A stretch of DNA of 64,000 nt from Neophaeotheca triangularis (taxonomy: Eukaryota): contig BAAIJX010000047.1 of NCBI GenBank assembly GCA_054600435.1, positions 1 through 64,000 of the forward strand, given 5' to 3'. Made by a program: the position numbers and the translations under genes. Below, one piece after another: positions 24,610 to 38,900 of the stretch; the first letter of the stretch is position 1; each line of letters begins with the position of its first letter. The notes under the pieces are model-generated. The model searched no databases, had not been told where the DNA came from, and saw nothing but the letters and a program-made list of their open reading frames with translations.

Positions 24610-25902
24610 GGTTCGGTTAATGGAAGAAAGGAAGAGTCTGGTGTTGGATTTGATTGAACGAAAGTGGTCTATGTGAGAAGTTGAGAACAATAGGCTATTG
24701 TCTTGCAACAGCAAATTTTGCTTCTGAGGTAGTCGCCGTCAAGTGAAGGTGGGTGTGCCAGCACAGTGAATCGTAATGAGTGTGATTACTATGTAGCGTC
24801 GGGTAAAGGAAAGGATTAAGAAGGAGACTGCGCGGCGAGGAGAGAAGGGGGAGACGGGGTAGGTAGAAAGGAAGAGAACGGATAGGCAAAGTGAGAGGAG
24901 GAACAGGCAAGGCAGGTATAGAAAGAAAGAAAAAAAGAAAGAAAGGGTAGGAGAGAGATGTGGTTAGTATACCTGACAGAGACAAGTGTGTTGGCGGGTA
25001 GTAGTAGTAGTAGCACAAAAGTAGTAACTCGAAACAGCCGCTCCGACCGACCATGACCCAAGTTTCTCGTCTAGTGACTTAGCCTTAGCCTACTCTTCGC
25101 CATGTCTCTTTCTTATTACTATTCGAACCTCTCAGCCTATTCTGGACTCAAGACTCCAAGCCATTGTTACAAGTCAGATCGTTTCCGGACAAGAAGTCTC
25201 ACCCTGAACGGGGTGTTGGAGTGCAGGAGTGTAGGAGTCATGCTTGTTTCCCGCCTTTTGGTGAAGTCAGAGGTGACTAGAGTGGCTGAAGATGCTGCTG
25301 TTGTTCTGCTGTTGGCTACGGAGCAATTCAAATGTATATTCAAATGGGCGGTTAGAGGATGTGCTCGCTAAGAGTACAAGGAGAGCGTATAGGGGAAGAA
25401 GCGAAAGAGGACGGTCTTGGCTGAAACAGGGGAAGGCAGTGGAGGCGTGTATCAGATTGATGTGACGGAGAACTTGATTAAATAGTCACAAGCCACTCAC
25501 TATGCATGCATACGGTAAGGTATCAAGAGAACCTAGGTCCAGGCCTCGACGACGATGGTATTCGTGATTTGTTTGTCGTTCCTCGTTCTGTCTCATTTGT
25601 TGAAGTCAGCTGGAGCTTGATGGACAAGAGACCTTGGGGTTAGGGTTGAAGGATGGATGAAGTTGTGCATGTCACTCTGTTTCACGTGACCGCTTATCTG
25701 TCTTATCTTCCGGCAAACCTTCCCGTACTAGTACCTGGGAGGTACCCACGTCCGGAGCAAAGGAAGGCGACTTGCTAGCTCTCTTCACCTTTTCCCTCTT
25801 TCAATTGTAACTCGACCGTTGTCAACCCTTCGTCCGTCACAGGTGGGTCACCATTGTTTCCACACAACCGAAGTTACATACTCATCAACAGTGTGTCAGC
25901 AC

Positions 25903-25926
25903 ACATACATACATACATACATACAT
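25903..25926. repeat. (ACAT)6 microsatellite
   Basis: Read directly from the sequence. Confidence 0.9.
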
Positions 25927-26223
25927 AGGTAGCCAGCCAGCATATCACTACCTTTTACTCTTCTACCTACCTACTCCCTTTTCTCGGCCAAGTATCCTTC
26001 TTCCTTTCTCACCCCGCCATTCGCCAGTCAGTAGTCCAGACCTTCCTAGGTACTTACCTACACTACTACACAACCCAGCATCAGCTCCCCCTCCAATCAA
26101 CAGACCAAACCTCTGCTCACGTACAAAAGTGCATGTGACAACTCTCCTACATACACAAACCAACTCCTCCTCACCTCCAAGACTACTACCACATCCGCGA
26201 CTCCTCCCGCACGCAGAAGCAAC

Positions 26224-26224
<1 letters not shown>

Positions 26225-26266
<42 letters not shown>
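26225..26266. repeat. (CCACGA)7 microsatellite immediately before a start codon
   Basis: Seven perfect copies followed by CC-ATG at 26269. Confidence 0.9.
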
Positions 26267-26268
<2 letters not shown>

Positions 26269-26269
<1 letters not shown>

Positions 26270-27486
26270 TGCATCACCCCCCGACCCCAGACACCCGCTC
26301 CCTTCTCCCACCCCTCCTAGCCTGTCTCCCTACAGCCTTCCTCGCACCCCGACCCCCACCAGCTCTCCTCCCCCTCCTCTCCCCGGTCCTCCGTCAGCGC
26401 CTGAATTTCCTAACTGCGACAAACACCCAAGGCCCCAATGGCTGGCTCCCTCTCCTCGCATGGGATACTCAGCGCGCAGCAAAGCTCCCGAGCATCGTCG
26501 AGACCATGGAGCTAGAACCACACCCTGTATCTGGAGAGATGGAGGTGGATGATGTGCGGGCCATCAAGTACAGAAGACTGGACGAGGAGACTCTGCAATC
26601 GCGGCTGGAAGTGGAGCAGTTTGGGTTGCTGCCTGTGTACGTATGGTGCGCGGAGGATGAGCACGGGGGAACTGGACCTGGCTGGAAAATGGCCGAGTTG
26701 AGGAGTCTCGAGGATGCGGAAGAGGACGAGACAGAATGGTATGAGACACAACTCGAAGCCAACGACGTGGCATCCTCTTCCACATCCACCACAACGGCCC
26801 CTGCACAATCTCAATCGCAGCAACAAGCGTCCCTCACCGCTGAAGACGACGACGATGAGGACGACGCCTCCTACTGGGCTCAATACGACGCAACCCCCGG
26901 GCCTTCGCAAAAACCCTCTCCCGCGCCTCCCAACCAGCGAACCTTCCCCTCTACAAATAGCACCACGACCACCACGGCTCGCCCAGGTCTCTCGGCCCAA
27001 GAAGCCGAATATTTCGCCCGCTACGGCGACGAAGTGCAACCAGCTCTAGACTCCCATGACCCAGACGAAGAAGCGCCCGAAATCAACGGCCAAAGCACTC
27101 TACAAGGCAGCTCGCAACGCCAACGGGCGCTGCAAGACCAACACCATGACGAAACTAGCAAACCCCACGACTCAGCCATCAGCAGCCTAACCCACTCCAT
27201 CACCCACACCCACGCTCCCTCGGAAGCGATTCCCGCCCCGCGCCCCCTAAGCCCTGAATCCTCTCCGAACAGCCGAACCAGCAGCGTCGATAAGCTGGAA
27301 GAGCAAGCGAGGAGCATGTCACGCTCGGATGCCGAGGAGCGGGCGGAAAGAGGCGTGAGGCAGCATATCTCAACGGATGTTAAAAGTTTGTTTCGCTTGG
27401 CTAGGGGGGTTGGTATGTCCAGGGGGGAGTTTGAGGCGTGTGTACAACGGGAACTTGCTGTGCTTGGGATGCTGGAGGAGGAGTAA
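26269..27486 (+). CDS. Fungal hypothetical protein
   Basis: 405-aa intronless ORF with motif-like blocks LLPPLLACLPTAF, EPHPVSGE, YWAQYD, EYFARYG and HISTDVKSLFRLA. Confidence 0.85.
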
Positions 27487-29955
27487 GAGGGTAGCACTTG
27501 AGCTGGCGAGGGTGGAGGGGATGGATTCGGTAAAGGGGTTGTGCATGAGGTGGTCGCGGCGCACTACGCTGAGTGGTTCAGAAAGTGAAAAAGCGATAGT
27601 GTCGGCTGTGGTGATGGGCACAACGAATGCATGGCTCCTTCGACTAAATACGTTATAGCACGACATCTCATGGGCTGGACTGGGGATTATACTACTGGAT
27701 TGCATCGCATAGCGTCGGTTAGCGCAAGGAAAGATCAAGAAAGCAAGCAGCTATTGAAACCGCAGCTCCCACCGTTAGAGTTGAGAAGCTTCACATCAAG
27801 CCAGCAGACGAGAAAAAAACATGTCGATCGTGCAAGCGAAACGCATTCATTCAAAAGTTCATTGCGCTTGGGCTGCTAGCACGGTCTGCAATAGGGGCGA
27901 CTATGGCTGGCAGAACATGACGCGAAAGGGCAGAGGCAAAGGTAAGCTTGCGGACAGCCTTGTTGACTTGCCGGTGATGTCTAGGGCTGTACAGGACGCT
28001 CGTGGAAATGTAGGTAAGGGATGTCCTGCAATTACCTCAAGGCGTTGACAGCAGAATCGTGTCATGTAACGAACGAACTCGGGACTATTTCAAGGAGGTA
28101 TCTCTTATTCTTGCCGTACTGTTCTTGCCTCTCGGCCACGGTTGTGCCTTTTTACCTCTTGGCACTGTTTAGAGTGACTCTCACAGCTATGAGTAGGTAC
28201 GTCTCGAGGAGAGAAGGACAAACCGTAGTCGGGTAGTTTAAAACCGGGAGATCAGAGCACGTAGACGACACTACTTATGTGGATTTGTTCCGCATTTTAT
28301 TGCCATACGGAGGGACATCTGCCCTACGCTGCTCTAGTCACTTTGGTTGAGTCTTTGGTTTGATGGATTAAAGCACCGGAGGTAAGGTTATATGTAGGCT
28401 AAAAGGACGCCAAGATTGTCGGTCATGCTCGGGCTTTCCCAGATAGGATGTGGCGTAAAACACTTCCACGGCTCCGGGTCCTTATTTGGACCTCACTTGG
28501 GTCCTGGGCACTCTTTCCATAACCTCTACCCCTGGTTTCCCACAACGCCACGGTAGTTCGGTATACGCTGCATCATGGATCGTCGTGGTCGTCCGCCTCT
28601 TCTGTATGTACTACCGTGGTCTGGAAAAGCAGCAACAAGCCTTCCGAGGCCATCTAGCCTCAAGAACCGCCATTCATCAGTCTTCTACTTGATGTCACTT
28701 CCCGGCGGCTCGTTAGAGTTCCACCGGCATTGCACACCTTTAACGTCCCGGTCAAGTAGCAGCAAAGGCATGTTGCAGGGCGTGCTTGTTGGCCAGCACT
28801 TCTGCTCGAATTTGTGTTCGTCCCGCCCCACGACCCCACGGACACTGTGCTTTGGCTTGCGCCCGCGACCAGACCTGAGCTCAATCAAGATGTTGGTAGC
28901 CGTCGCGGCGTCGGAGCAGCAAGCAATCGTTGTCTTCGAGCGTTTTCATGGGGTAATGGACGGCCAAGGCTCCATCGTCATCGCGTCGCTGAAGAGACAC
29001 AGGAGGCTTTCGAGATCGATATCGTTGAATGGGCCGCGCCCGAGCAGAGTTTGTTCATGCTACGGCCACGATGCATTAGCTAATTCGGACTGCAGAGTGC
29101 ATATGGACGGCGAGAGCCTTTACTTCAATGTGACGGGCCTCGGGATCCTCCCTTGGAGCTAGACGTGAGATATTCCCCGCAAGCGTTGATCGGAGTGGCC
29201 TCCGCAAGGCTAGCGTATCCTAATGCCCTAGGCAAGGGTTCATCAGAACCACCCTGAGGACCGACTTTCACTACCTCCCAGCTTTGAAAGCTCGAGATCG
29301 CTGCCGTCTGTTTGTGTGATCGTTGCGCTGACTTGCAAGACGGGGGCCGAGCAGTAACTCTATTGTCAGGGTAAATCTATGCTCTCCACCCGATCCTGGA
29401 GTCTGCATGGCGTCTTCGAACCAGCCAGAATGTTATGAGCCCGATGTAATGGTAGGTTATGGGCTTGGCAACCCGGTCAAGAGCAGGCAAACAGCCGTGA
29501 AACGATCTAGAATTCGCTTTTCGTCCCTGCGATGGGAAACGTTCTAGCTGGACCATGACCGCTTCGGTCAAATGCCTTACTGGAAACCACAGCAGTGGCC
29601 GGACCTGGCTTCTAGGGATGTCGTTCGTTGCACTTATTGCCGTCCCAAACAGCTCGTCGATGCTTTTGATACTACCGCTATCCGCGCGACCAGCCAATCG
29701 ATTCAACCATGTATTGGCGGATCGCGGCATGAGCCAGCCATAGTGAGCTCTGGACTTTGGACTGCGAAATCTCGACCGCGTCATGGCACGACGCCGCCAG
29801 ATTGTGCAGATATTGGTCCTTCTCCTTGGCCCTATCTAGAGATTATAAGGGACTACCCTTTGCCGTCCTAAAGAGCTGACAAGCACCCTTACCGGCGCAG
29901 CCACGTTTGTAGAGAGGTGTCTGTTTTGTACTTTTTCTTCGCTGACCTATCAGCT

Positions 29956-32900
29956 ATGCGTTTCGCTGTCATCCTTGCTGCATTGTGCAGCGTCGTATCA
30001 GCGAATCCCCTCCACCGCCGTGCTCCCTGTAGCCCTGAGGCTGTACAGGCTCCAGGCGCCCCGGTGCCAAACCCGAACACCCCAAGAGCTTTCAGGAGTA
30101 ACACTCAGCATGGTGCTATAGCGACTTCCGCTGCCACTCCGGCCGGCTGGCAGCAAGTCTATGCTAACCTGGCCGCTTCTAACAAGCGAGTAAAAACTTC
30201 ACCAGTACGACAGGCCTCACAATGCTAATTCCTCGGCAGTGCCCCCCAATATTTAACCACTATAGCACTGAACTCATACGACCCCGCTGTCTGCGCTAAC
30301 CGATGCAATAGTATCAATGGTTGCGAGTCGTTCAACATCTATTTCCAACGATCACCTAGTGTGGAGCCGGGGTATCAGCAGTGCCAGAACCCAACAGCAG
30401 TCACAACGATCCACTGCGCGTTTTGGGGTAGCAGAATCTCCCTCGCAAACGCCGTCAACTCTGGCCAGTTCCGTGCTGACTTCCAGGTTCTCATTGCTGG
30501 CTCGAACGGGTACGGTAGGGCACCCCCACCCTCTTCCGTGACGACCCGCACCACCCCGACCTCTGCCGCCGTCTCGACTCGGACAACTCAAACTTCTGCG
30601 CCTGTATCAAGTCCAACCTCCAGGACAACTGGACCTGCGTCCAGCCCAACCACTAGGACAACTAGACCTGCGTCGAGCCCAACCACCGTCACAACTAGAC
30701 CTGCGTCGAGCCCAACTACCAGGACGACTGTGCCTGCGTCGAGCCCAACTACCAGGACAACTAGACCTGCGTCGAGCCCAACTACCAGGACGACTGTACC
30801 TGCGTCCAGTCCAACCACCAGGACAACTAGACCTGCGTCGAGCCCAACTACCAGGACAACTATACCCGCATCGAGTCCAACGACGAGAACTTCTGTACCT
30901 GTGTCAAGCCCAACTACCCCGACCTCCGGGCCTGTATCAACCGCCACCACTCAACCTTCTCCGCCTCTTGAGACTCCTACAACATTGACTTCGCCTGTTG
31001 AGAGCCCCACGACCCCTATCGTCCCGCCCGTGGAGACACCTTCCACGCCGACCACTCTTCCGATCGAGCCCTCCAGCGACCTAGCTTCTCCCCCCATCGC
31101 TACGTCCACTGCCGTTCCCGAAGTGAGCACGGCTACTTTCGTGTCTGAGGCCACCTCCGTCGTTGATGGTACGACAACTGTCGTGTCTGAGATTGTGACT
31201 GAGACGGGCATTCCTCCGCCCGTCGAGAGTCCTACCGACCTGACTTCCTTTCCTATAGAGACTCCTACTTCTATTCCGGAATTGAGCACGGCTACTTTTG
31301 TGTCCGAGGGTACAAGCGTTATTGATGGCTCGACAACTGTCGTGTCTGAGATTGTGACTGAGACGGGCATTCCTCCGCCCATTGAGAATCCTACCGACCT
31401 GACTTCCTTTCCTGTGGAGACTCCTACTTCCATTCCGGAATTGAGCACGGCCACTTTTGTCTCTGAGGGCACGAGTGTTATTGATGGCTCGACAACTGTC
31501 GTGTCTGAGATCGTGACTGAGACGGTTATCTCTGACATCGAAACTCCTACCGACCTGACCTCCCTTCCCATCGGGACTTCTACCAGCATCCCAGTGGAAG
31601 TGAGCACGGCCACTTTTGTGTCCGAGGGCACAAGCGTCATTGATGGATCAACGACTATAGCGTCTGAGACGGTGACCGAGACGGGCATTCCTTCGCCGAT
31701 TGAGACTCTCACCTCCACTTTTGTGACAGAGGGCACCAGTTTTATTGACGGCACACCGACCTTGGTGTCTGAGACGGTGACCGAAACGAGCGTTGCTTCG
31801 TCAATCGAGCCGATCTCGTCCACTTTCGCGACTGAGAGCACGAGTGTCATTGACGGGACACCAACCTTGGTGTCTGAAACGGCGACTGAGACGAGCCTTC
31901 CAGCCGAGACAGAAACCAATCTTCCAACCGATACTGCCACCACCGAGGTGACTACATCGAGTGCAGTTCCTGCGGAGACGACAGAGACCACCGAACTTGA
32001 ACTAACCACGTCCACTCTCGTCTCTGAGGTTTTAACCCTCACCGACGGCACCGAGATCACTGTCACGGAACCAGAAGCGAGCCTTTCTACTTTCATTTCT
32101 GTATCCGCGAGCGCTACAGTCATCGACGGAAGCACGTCTGCTATCCTCGTTTCTGAAACTCTGACGGCGACCAACATTCCGATACCAGAACTGACTACTT
32201 CCACCTTTATCTCTGAAATCGCTACCATTATTGACGGAAGCACATCAATCGTTTCACAAACATTCACAGAGATTGATACAGCCCCGGCTGAGACTGCTAC
32301 GACATCCGACGGTCCAGTCCCAACCGATACTCCCATCGATGACCAGATTTTCTCTGCTCTTTCCATCATCCTCAACACCGGCGCCCAAGACTTCTGCCTA
32401 AACCTTCTGGGTCAAGGTTCTAACGTCAATGTCCTCCGTCGCTTCAGTAGGCTGTTTGCGCGTCAGATCAATGACGTTCCGGCGCCTCTTTCTGGGTTCG
32501 ATCTCAACGTCTTGACAGCAGCTTGTCGGCTAGCAGTGGATGATTCGGCAACCACTACTACCGCCGATGCCGCCACTACTGCTACCGTTCCTTCCACGGA
32601 AATTGGCGAGACTCTGCTCCCAACTGAGACTGCCGGGGAGACAGTCATCACTTTGCCAACAGAAACTTTGACGCTGCCGTCTGATGAATCGACTGATGCC
32701 TCGCTTCCGGCCGAACCCACTGAAACTCAGTCCCAGACGGACTCAGACTCTTCGCTGCCAATTGTGACTGATGGGCAGACCGTGATTACGTTGTCTACCG
32801 GAACGATCGTTTTGCCTCCTCCTGAAGCTACCGATGTCTCGCTTTCAACCGAGACCGATGGAACTCTCATCCCCACGGAAACCGAAGCTCCCCCTGCATC

Positions 32901-35900
32901 GGAGACTGATGAGACCGTGATTATTTTGCCTACCGAGTCGATCACCTTACCAGTATCTGAGCAGCCGACTGAGATCCCGGTTTCCACGGACACCGAAGCT
33001 CCCCTTCAATCCGAGACCGTGATTATTTTGCCTACCGAGTCGATCACTTTACCAGTATCTGAGCAGCCTACTGAGGTCCCGGTTTCCACGGACACTGGAG
33101 CTCCGCTTCAATCTGAGACCGTGATCATTTTGCCTACGGAGTCGATCACTGTACCAGTATCTGAGCAGCCGACTGAGGTCCCGATTTCCACGGACACTGA
33201 AGCTCCGCTTGCATCCGAGACAGTGATTGTTCTGCCCTCGGAGTCAATCACTTTACCAGTATCTGAGCAGCCGACTGAGATCCCGGTTTCCACGGACACT
33301 GAAGCTCCGCTTGCATCTGAGACAGTGATAGTTCTGCCCTCGGAGTCAATCACTTTACCAGCACCTGAGCCTACTGAAGTCCCGCTTTCCACGGACACGG
33401 AAGCTGTATCTGAGACTGATGAGACGGTGATTATCTTGCCCACAGAATCAATTACCTTGCCAGCGTCTGAGCCAATTATCGTCTCGCTTTCCACGGACAC
33501 TGCAGTTGCGTCTGCGACTGAAGATACGGTGATTATCTTGCCCACCGGATCTATAACCTTGCCAGTACCTGAGCCTACTGACGTTCCGCTTTCCACGGAC
33601 ACTGCAGTTGCGTCTGAGACTGAAGAGACGGTGATTATCTTGCCCACCGGATCCATCACCTTGCCAGTACCTGAGTCTACCGACGCCTCGTTCTCAACTG
33701 ACACCGAGGTCCAGCTCCCAACTGAGACGGATGAGACGGTGATTATCGGGCCCACGGAATCGATCACTGTACCAGTGTCTGCGACGGTAGTGGACGGGAC
33801 TACTTCGATCATCTCTGAGACTGGCCTTCCGCTTCCGACGGAAACATCCCCTCCTGAAGTGACAACATCTCCATCGGCCTCCGAGAGCACTACACTTGTG
33901 GACGGCACCATTTCAACCATCTCTGAAATCTCTGAGATTGCTACTGAGACTGGTCTTCCGATAACGACAGAGACCTTCGTCCCTCTCCCGACGGAGACCT
34001 CCCTTCCAGGCACAAACACATTCGTGTTTGTTTCTGAAAGCACAACTGTAATCGACGGGATCACTTCCATCGTCTCGGAAAGCTTCATTGAAACCAGCCT
34101 TGATGCTTCGTCTGAGACGTTCGTTCCGCTTCCGACTGACAATACTCCACCCGAGGCCACTGCGTCTGCTTCGGCCTCTGAGGCTACTACCATAACCGAT
34201 GAGCTTAGCACTTCCGTTGGCTCTGAAACTCTTGTCGAGACTGGCATCCCCATCCCAAGCGAGACCGACATCCCAGCCACCAGTGAGGCCTCCACTGTAT
34301 CGCCAAGTCAGAGCCTCCCGGCCCCATCAACAGATACTGCTCTTTCCGAGCTGACAACATCCACATTGGTGTCTGAAATTACCACTGTCGTTGACGGCAC
34401 TATGACACTGATCATTTCTGAGACCGTGATTGAGACTGAAATTCCTTTCACGAGCGAGACCCTGGCTCCCATCCCCAGTGAGACGCTCTTGTCGACCTCA
34501 AGTGACGTTTTCAATCCGATCCCAAGCGTGACGCCCATCCCGGTCCCGACGGAGACCGCTCTCCCTGATCTCACCTCGACCTTCATCTCTGAAAGCTCCA
34601 CCGTTGCTGGCGGTATAACCTCAATCGGTTCAGAGACGGTGACCGAGATTGCAACCCCAGGAGAGACTTCTTCTTTCGTCTCGGAAGTCCCAACCGTTAT
34701 CGAAGAAACTTCCGCCGTGGTGACTCCAGTCGAGACCTCTACATCCATCTCGGAAATTACTACAGTGATTGATGGCACCTTCACCGCTTCTGAGATCGAG
34801 ACTGAGACCCTGCCTCCTCTTGTGACCTCTACTCTCGTCTCTGAAGTTACTACCGTCATTGATGGTACAATCTCCACCTTCTCTGAGACGGCGATCGAAA
34901 CCACCGGTATCGTGTCGGAGACGGGGGTCGAAACTGAGTCTACTACTGGCATCCCGCTCCCAACTGACACCGAGGTCGTGCTCCCAACCGAGACTGATGA
35001 GACGGTAATTATTCTGCCTACGGAATCGATTACCTTGTCCGCACCTGAACCTACTGACGTCCCACTCTCGACTGACACTGAGATCGGTCTCCCAACTGAG
35101 ACTGATGAGACGGTGATTGCTCTGCCAACGGAAACATTCACCTTGCCAGCACCGGAGCCCACTGACGTCCCGCTCTCGACTGACACCGAGATCGGTTTCC
35201 CAACTGAGACTGATGAGACGGTGATTATTCTGCCTACGGAATCGATTACCTTGTCAGCTACTGACGTCCCACTCTCGACTGACACTGAGATCGGTCTCCC
35301 AACTGAGACTGATGAGACGGTGATTGCTCTGCCAACGGAAACATTCACCTTGCGAGCACCGGAGCCCACTGACGTCCCGCTCTCGACTGACACCGAGATC
35401 GGTCTCCCAACTGAGACCGATGAGACGGTGATTATTCTGCCTACGGAATCGATTACCTTGTCAGCACCTGAACCTACTGACGTCCCGCTCTCGACTGACA
35501 CCGAGATCGGTCTCCCAACTGAGACTGATGAGACGGTGATTGCTCTGCCAACGGAAACATTCACCTTGCCAGCACCTGAACCTACTGACGATTCGACCAC
35601 GAGCGAGCTAGATGAGGCCCCGGTCACAACGGGCAGCGATGTTCCTCTTCCAACTGAGACCGACGAGACAGTGACCATTCTGCCGACCGAAACAGCCACT
35701 ATCTCTGCATCTGAGCCTACCGATGTTCCGCTCTCAACCGAGACAGAAGAAAGTGTTACCGCTGACCCTACTGCGACGCTCATTCTGCCGACCGATGCGC
35801 TCTCTACTGGAACCGATGAAACTCTTATCACGCTCCCTTCCGAGACGCTTACTCTACCAACGGCCACTACGGAACTGCCAATACCTACGGAAACAGACGA

Positions 35901-38900
35901 GACAGCTATTGCAGTGCCAACAAGCACACAGATCCAGTCGACCGATACTGCCGGAGTGTCCCTTCCTAGCGAAGAGACTGTCGTCGCTCTGCCTTCGGAG
36001 ACTCTTACTCTGCCGACTGACGCTGTTGAGCCACCACTTCCTACCGAGGCCGAAGAGACTGTCATTGTTTTACCCTCCCAGACATTGACTCTGCCCACTG
36101 ACGCTGTTGAGCCACCACTTCCTACCGAGGCCGAAGAGACTGTCATTGTTTTACCCTCCCAGACCTTGACTCTGCCGACTGACGCTGTTGAGCCACCACT
36201 TCCTACCGAGGCCGAAGAGACTGTCATTGTCTTACCCTCGGAGACCTTGACTCTGCCGAGTGACGCACCCGCTTCAGAAACTGCTGATACAGTGACTCTT
36301 CCGACTACTCTACCAACTGATGCCGAAGTGACGCTCCCTACCGCAAGCGAGGAAACGACCATCGTCCTCCCTAGTGAGACACTTACTTTGCCGGCTACTT
36401 CTTTCCCTATCATATCGACTCCCCCGATTCCAACAGACATTCCCATCGATGATCTGATCCTCTCGGCCCGTGCGGCTATTCGAGCTGACAGTCAACAACC
36501 ATTCTGCAGTCTGTTACTTGGCCTTGATCTTAACCCCGTCGTTGATGCTCTTCAGCGCCGCGATGTGGTCTTTGAGCGTCAAATCAGCGTACCTTCTGGT
36601 TTTCCGGCCATTCCCTCTTCTCTTGCTGGTATCAATATTCAACTCCTCGCGGCAGCTTGTAGACAAGAGGTACCAGCTCCTGCTGTCACTACTGGCACCT
36701 TTTCCTTGATAACTGCGCTGCCAACGGAAACTGCACTGACTACGTCTACATTCACCTCCGAGAGCACGCTCCCTGTCGAGACCTCGACCTTCATATCAGA
36801 TATTGCTACCGTCATTGACGGCACGACTTTTACAATCTCTGAGACAGCGATTGAGACCAGTGTGATCGTGTCTGAGACGGGGTTCGAAAGTCTGCCTCCG
36901 GTCGCGACCTCTATCTCGGAGATTGCCACTACTGTCGTTTCCGAGACAGTGACCGAAACTGGCGTCCAAGCTCCAATCGAAACCATTACGTTCATTTCTG
37001 AGATCGACACCATCATCGATGGAACGCCAACGATAACTTTCGAGACCTTTACCGAGACTGAAATCCCCCCAGTTGAGACTACTACATTCATCTCGACCAG
37101 TGCTACCGTCATTGATGGCACTTCGTTGCTGTCTGGGACTGTGGTCGAGACGGTTGACCCAACGCTTACAGACCTCACCACGGATGTTTCGACCTTCCCG
37201 GCGCCTTCTGGTCTACCCACCGATCTCCCCACCGTTGTAATCCCGACAGACGGGCCAGTAGACACGACTCTAGAGATTCCAACAGACTTGCCAACAGACC
37301 TCCCAACCGCGAACATCCCAACAGATGATCCTACAAGTCTCCCAACCGACTTGCCGACAGTTGTAGTTACAACAGGTGACGAATCTCTCACAACTATAGA
37401 GATTCCGACTGACCTCCCAACTGATCTGCCCACTGTGGTCGTTCCAACCGGTGGGATCCCAACGACTATCGAGACCTCGTCAGGCCTTCCAACCGATTTA
37501 CCAACTGTGATAATTCCAACTGATGGATCGAGTATCGAGATCCCCACAGATCTCCCGACAGATCTGCCGACTGTGATTATTCCAACCGATGGCACCGCTG
37601 ACCCAACGATCGTGATTCCTACAAGTGGGCTCTCTGAGCTTCCTCCAACTGTTGTTGTGCCAACGACGCTCCCACCTGAGCTCACATCTGACCTGACTAG
37701 TGATCTTCCATCGACAGTCGTGGTGCCGACTGTACTCCCACCAGAGCTCACGTCCGACCTCACCATCGTTTCGCCGCCGACAGTCGTGGTCCCGACAACA
37801 CTCCCCCCGGAGCTCACGTCTGACTTCACCACTGAGCTCCCGCCAACTGTTGTGGTTCCAACAGTACTGCCCACAGACCTTACTACTGACACGGCCACCA
37901 ATCTACCGACAGTCGTTGTCCCGACGGTACTTCCTCCGGAGCTCACGTCTGACTTGACTGTTGATCTTCCACCAACTGTTGTCGTTCCGATTACTGAGCA
38001 ATCGACGGCCCCAACAACTGAGCCTACCACTGCTCCGACGATAGTAATTCCGTCAGTTCCTACTACTGAGCTGACCACTGCTCCTACAATCGTGATCCCA
38101 CCTAGTCCGACTACTGAGCAGTCGACGGCCCCAACAACTGAGCCTACCACTGCTCCGACGATCGTAATTCCGTCAGTTCCTACTACTGAGCTGACCACTG
38201 CTCCTACAATCGTGATCCCGCCTAGTCCGACTACTGAGCAATCGACGGCCCCAACAACTGAGCCTACTACTGCTCCAACTGAGCCGACCACGGCTCCGAC
38301 GATTATAATTCCGCCTGTTCCGACTACTGAGCAATCGACGGCCCCGACGACGGAGCCTACCACTGCTCCGACAATCGTAATTCCGCCAGTTCCTACTACA
38401 GGGCCGACAACTGCTCCGACGATCGTAATCCCGCCTGTTCCGACTACTGAGCAATCGACGGCCCCGACGACTGTGCCGACCACTGCTCCTACCACTGCTC
38501 CGACAATCGTAATCCCGCCTGTTCCGACTACTGAGCAATCGACGGCCCCGACGACTGTGCCGACCACTGCTCCGACAACTGCTCCGACGATCGTAATCCC
38601 GCCTGTTCCGACTACTGAGCAATCGACGGCCCCGACGACCGTGCCGACCACTGCTCCGACAACTGCTCCGACGATTGTAATTCCGCCTGTTCCAACTACT
38701 GAGCAATCGACGGCCCCAACGACTGTGCCGACCACTGCTCCGACAACTGCTCCGACAACTGCTCCGACAACTGCTCCGACCATCGTAATCCCGCCTGTTC
38801 CGACTACTGACCAATCGACGGCTCCGACGACTGTGCCGACCACTGCTCCCACAATAATTCCGTCAATTCCTACCACCGGGCCGACAACTGCTGCAACGAT

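Noticed and set aside
25637..25647. Interstitial telomere-like GGGTTAGGGTT
   Set aside because: Under two units; expected by chance.
30588..38876. Long minus-strand ORFs (475, 395, 712 and 745 aa, Val/Gly/Ser-rich)
   Set aside because: Antisense shadows of the Thr/Pro-rich repeats; they mirror the plus-strand codons.
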